64,000 bases of DNA from Nageia nagi (Eukaryota; Plantae; Pinophyta). Each line of letters begins with the position of its first letter. Position 1 is the stretch's first letter. The position numbers and the translations under genes are program-made. Under the pieces are notes generated by a model, which saw only the letters and a list, made by a program, of their open reading frames with translations, did not search any database and was not told the origin of the DNA. Shown in pieces: positions 58,930-64,000 of the stretch. Where the stretch lies: contig JBITNC010000001.1 of the NCBI GenBank assembly GCA_050084985.1, forward strand, positions 114,824,001-114,888,000. Reading direction: 5' to 3'.

Positions 58930-61900
58930 ACATCGAGTGAGACAATACCAACATCCTCAATCATCAAATGTAGATCCGTTCACTCTAGGCACAGAGTGAC
59001 CCAAACTAAAAAGGCTAAGCGAGGCTCGTCAGTCTCTCCCAGCATCTAAGACCAAAGGATCACTCGTAGAGGATAAGAAGCCAGTGATGTATAACATTCG
59101 TTTGGGCTATGACTGTCTAGTGGTTGTCTGAGAGGCAAGCCGGCATCGTGTCAATCTGAGCTCGTGGGTATGCTGAAGAGTACCATTTCAAGGGCGTTTC
59201 CTATCTACAAGGTCAGAGGTAGGCTACAAGAAAGAACTAATCAGCCTGGTGATTTGACGGGCCTCCAATGATCTCTGTAAGGATGCTCATCTTAAAAGAG
59301 TGATCTCATGCGCAAAGAGTAATAGACATCTCTAATCAGGGTAGCGAAAGGTAGATATCGAGCCCCATGACTCTTTGAACAAGCAGTAATACCATCCCCG
59401 GATCTGATTATAGATGGGACATCTGAAGATCAGTGCTCTCGTTCTCTATCTCCTGTAGAGAACAAAGTTGGCAAGTCCTGTCCATCTGGGAAATATGATG
59501 GTTAGACTCGACATGAAGCTGGTGTGAGCAAACTCAAAGTTGGCCGAGAGGAACCCTCAACCCGAAGGACCACTAGTGCTGGAAGAAGGCCAACGTGACA
59601 ATGTGGCCATCATTGATTTGCAAAATATGCTCGGTGTAGAAAGCTAGCTTAGGGCTAAGCGGCTATGGGGGGAAAACCCAAGTTACCTGAATGTAGCGGT
59701 GGTAGATATCCTCTTTGATAGATCGGTGAAGCGTCGTCCTTGAGGGTCAAGGGACAGCCAACGTGGGACTAAAGGATGGGAGTCGATTAATCGAAATGCC
59801 CACCGACTGTAGTAGAAGACCAACTTCGGTGTACCAGCACCGTTTGCACCTAGTAGTGTCAAGTGAGGCAATCCTCTTTGATGAGCGCAAAGCAAGAAAT
59901 GGATACCTCTCACGGCCTTTGGCAAAGTCGGCAAACTATCTGAGTTTATGAAGGAAGTACCAAAGCCTGAATATGGTCTCAAGACAAAGCGTTTAGACAG
60001 TAAACTCACTCTGAACAATCCACTACGAAATTGTTCGCATACAACGGATCATACGCGAACTATCTCCATACTTGACCACTCAACCGACCAAGAGCTAGGA
60101 CCCCTAACCTCCGATCCATAGAGAACGGTTGGCATGATGAAGGTATCAAATAGCCATGTCTTCGAAAGGATATCCTGGAAGTATATCTAGAAGCACTAAT
60201 GCTCCAAGATGGAGAGTGAAGTGTATCCCTTGCAAAGACGCGCTTGTGAAGCTGGCTTCAGGCTGAAAGATGGCCCAGAGAACCAAACTCTCAAGTAGGT
60301 ATAAGCGATGGAGATCTCAATCATCTCACCTCTAGAGTAAAAATGGAAGCTGGATAAAGTAGCTCTAGAGGTATTAAAGACCATGACCTTGGTTTTACTG
60401 AAGTTTACTGTAAGTTGTTTCTAGTCATAGAAACGGGAAAGAGCATCCAACTATCTTTGCAGGCCCTTAGGGGAGTGTGATAGGAGGATCACATCATCCG
60501 CGAAAAGCAGTATAGCAATCTGGATCTGGCAAAGTAGGCAACTATCATCTGCGTCTCTATTGAGCCAAAGGAAGTCCTCTAGGTAATCAATATATAAGCC
60601 AAAGAGAGTGGGCAATAGGGGCACCCTTGCTTGACCCCAATAGTGCTAAAGACCATGTTTGCAAAACCATAATAGAGCCTCATGATGGCAGTAACAAAGG
60701 TGTTGGAAATACCAATAGTCTATAGTCTCTGGAAGAGTAGATGTCGTAGGACAGTGTTAAAGGCCTTCTTGAAGTCAATGAAACAACAGAAGACCTTAGA
60801 AGATCTCTAGCAAGCTTCCTCAATGATAGTTTGAAGTGTGAAAATATGATCTAAAATCTGAAAATCTCTCTTGAACCCGGCCTACCTCGTGCTCTAAGAC
60901 CAATCTACTCCAGGTGGTCTGATAACATCATGTTTAAAATTGTGGCATAAAGCTTGGCAAAGGTGTGTCCAATCATGATGGTCCTGTAATTGTTCAGGTC
61001 AAAACAATCTCTTGCCTTGTGGATGGGATGAATAATGTGTTGGGACCAAGAAGGGGTAAATCCCGAACACACGACCTTATTAAATAAGTCAGCAATGGGA
61101 GAGGCAAGTAGGTCACCTCCATATTTCAAAAACTCAGCCTGCAAGCCCTCACAATTAGTTGCCTTGCCGGCACAGAGTTTCCGAATGGCTCTCTAAACAT
61201 CTTCTGCACAAAATAGATGACACGAGGGGGTGTGAAGAGATGTGCAGAGAGTGATGGATGGGGACATTGTAGAGTGAACAAGCAGAAGAAACCCAAGACT
61301 GAGGATAGATGTCAAAAGGGGGAAGTTTCCTTAAGAGGAGGGTGTGCCAAAAGGTCTTAAGGGAGTGGTGGCGGGAGTAAATGAGGGAATGTCATGTAGT
61401 GGCAAGAAACTGACATTTCTTGCAGTGAAGGAGCCTACAATATCTGATCCTGACAAATGAAACAGAGGAGAGGTCATGGACGAGGGCGAAGCAGAATCTC
61501 TGGTGCATGGACTTACACTCTACATCGAACCAATGATTCTTGGGACAAGATCAAAGACATCGAGGAGGACAAGAGTGATGGGTCTGATGGGGGAAAGTGT
61601 TGAGGGATGCCTCCCAAAGTACACTGAGTGGTGGTGGTGGCGGCGGCAATGGAGGGAGGAGGGAATGGTTTGAACATAGTAGCAAGAAGTGTGGAGAGGT
61701 AGGTAGTATACTGGTCGACAAGATCAACGCTAAGGACGGTCGTGGGATGGTGGGAGCATGGGAGGCTTGAGAAGGGGGGGCGATGAGAGGATAGAGGTGT
61801 AGGGGTGGGATTCACGAGGAGAATAAAGGAGATGGCCGAATGATCAGCAAGGGGGAGGTTGTGAGAGAGTAAGATCCTGAATACATGGAAGCAAATGCAT

Positions 61901-62935
61901 GCCAGCTAAGACACAGTCCACTACACTTGCTCCTCCACTGTGAGGAAAACATGTGAATTCATTGGAGGTAGGAAAGCACGAGAGCCCATTAAGAATGAAG
62001 AGTCCATGTGACTCAACAAGATGAAGAAGATGTCGGCCATAGGCTGTAATAGAAGCATTCCTCTCTGCTGGAGTCCTTTGCATGCCAAAATCACATAGGT
62101 CCTACTCTCGTGTACAAAATGCATCTTTCTCTAGCTCTTGTATAGGTGTCTGACAATCCCCCGTCCTAGCAATAAAATCTCCTATGATGAAGACATCTCC
62201 CATAGAGGAAAAATGTGTGATATCCCTATAGATGTCTATGAATGGGTCTCCATCCGCATGAAGAGCATATGAAAAAGAAGTAGGTGGGAAGTAACAAACA
62301 ACAAGGAAGACATCTCGATCAATAGGAAGGCCACTTTGAATCCAAATCCACCAAAATCGTGAGTGGGGATCTGCTGACAGTAGGGAGATGCGAGAACAAA
62401 GGTCATCCTGGATGAGGCAAGCTACACCTCCTTATCCTCGGACCCTTCCTGTGCATCGAGTGTCCTGCCTAAAAGCTGAAATCCAATGGAAACTTGTGAT
62501 GTTGGGGAGTGCCCGCCTGGGGCTCTCATGAGTCTCTGTAAGAAAGATAGATCTCGAGAAGATATCACATCCTGGAAGGTGCTTGGAACGTCATGTAAAA
62601 GGCCAAGGACGTGACCACCATGATGGGCGAGGAGTCACGAATCACAGCTCTACAATCACGGATAACGGCCCATTTGTTGTCCTTTCTTCTAGCAACAACT
62701 AGAGCACAAGCCTTGTGTAACTCATCTATTTGAAGTCTTGTTAAAACTTCATCCAAATAATTTTTGTTGGGGAGAGGGAACAATTTCTTCTTGGCTTGAA
62801 TGACTTCTAAACGATCACTAGCTATTTGGAATCGGATAACAAGAGTATCATCTGGTGTAGTCGAAGCTTTCTCTAAGTTTATGTTTTTCAGGTCCAAAGT
62901 GTCATGAAGGAATGTGTTTCCAGCTTGCAATGAGT
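58930..62935 (-). mobile_element. Degenerate non-LTR retrotransposon (LINE, RTE/RTEX-like): ORF1 remnant, APE endonuclease, RT, C-terminal Cys motif
   Basis: EN: FLTETHE, YFPP, GDFIAR, SVVDCVL. RT: NYRTIMIG, FIDFKKAF, GVKQGCPL, LLFADDV. C-terminus: RTCQLC. Boundaries approximate. Confidence 0.88.
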
Positions 62936-62939
62936 ACCG

Positions 62940-63470
62940 GTTTTGGAGAGGCCACAAACTCGAAGGTGATGATCTTCTTATTATGTGTTTGTATGTAGAT
63001 GATCTCATATACACCAGTAGTAGCTCAAATATGAAAGAAGACTTGAAACAAGCAATGATGGATGAATTTGAGATCAAATATTTGGGCCCAATGCATGACC
63101 TTCTTGGAATGGAGGTTTATTAACTTGAAGAATAAATCTTTATTTGTAAAATAGAGTATGCCAATAATATGTTTAAGAACTATAGTATGGAAAAATATAA
63201 GCCTATTCCCACTTCCATTGCTTATAGTGAGGTGTTTTGCAAAGATGATGTAACTGAAAAAGTTGATGTGACAAGGTGCAAAAGAATTATGGAAATTTTG
63301 CTTGTTTTAATGTATATGAATAAACATCTCAAAATCATTTGAAGTCTACTAAGAGAATCTTGAATGGTATGACAGGTACAATTCATTTTGGTATTCATTA
63401 TTTTTTAGCTAATGAGGTAGAGCTATTTATAGTGATTCTAATGGGGGAGGCAATTTGGATGACCAACTGT
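62940..63470 (+). mobile_element. Copia RT fragment
   Basis: LLIMCLYVDDLIYT...MMDEFEIKYLG...LGMEV, in the same orientation as the integrase piece at 58450, so the LINE probably interrupts one Copia remnant. Confidence 0.8.
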
Positions 63471-64000
63471 AACTGTCATTTACAATTGTTTGATGGCCTA
63501 TGTGTTATGCATTCTCTTTGTCTTGACAATTAGGTAGTAAATATAATTAGTTTACGGGAATAACAAGAATCATTTACAACCTCTACAATATAATAGTATT
63601 AGCCAGTAGTAGAGAATTTTTGTTAGTTTTATCATTATGTGTGTACCTCCTTTTCCTTTTATTATGTACGAGTTAATAGAAGGCTATCATTGATACTTTG
63701 CGCTGTGTTAAAAACTATAATACTTATGCATTATTTGTTGTTTTGTGATGGTGCAAATGAGTGCAAATGTTTTAGAAGGCAGATATCTATATTAGTACTA
63801 AGGCCTTGTTGGTCTTAAGGTGGAGAGAGTTTGCGTTCTTGATCTTATAAACATGGATCAAGTTTCATTGTAAGCTTATTGAAAGAAGACTTCACTTGTT
63901 TTTTTATTTTCCTGGCCAAGAACAACTACTCTCTCCCTATTCCAAAATTCAATGGACAAGATCATGATTAAACAAAAATGTATATATGCCAAACAACACA

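Noticed and set aside
62565-63077. 170-aa minus-strand ORF as a real gene
   Set aside because: It is a chance fusion of antisense Copia RT sequence with the LINE ORF1 remnant across their junction.

Overview
AT-rich, repeat-saturated plant nuclear DNA with a gymnosperm-like architecture (organism inferred, not proven). The window lies inside one minus-strand host gene, most likely the FG-nucleoporin NUP42/CG1 (CCCH zinc-finger protein 16-like). Only three phase-compatible exons are visible (31978-32177, 9772-10006, 8908-9004). They are separated or flanked by a 767-bp intron, a 22-kb intron and probably >31-kb and >8.9-kb introns. The long introns hold nested chromoviral Ty3/Gypsy LTRs and solo-LTRs with TSDs, a near full-length degenerate Ty1/Copia (17122-25200), Gypsy and Copia fragments and an RTE/RTEX-like LINE. 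They also hold two convergent Gypsy-type remnants that each carry a repeat array, an internal TATA and an uncharacterised extra ORF. A hAT family is present as an apparently intact autonomous element (34918-38815, perfect 8-bp TSD, 776-aa spliced transposase) plus MITE-like derivatives. Most notable observations: (1) a ~620-nt densely nested stem-loop domain in the 2.7-kb Copia leader upstream of gag; (2) a hAT intron bearing the signature of intron gain by tandem duplication of an AG|GT site; (3) the intact hAT; (4) the repeat-array/promoter/extra-ORF module seen twice. All alignments, pairings and counts were done by eye.
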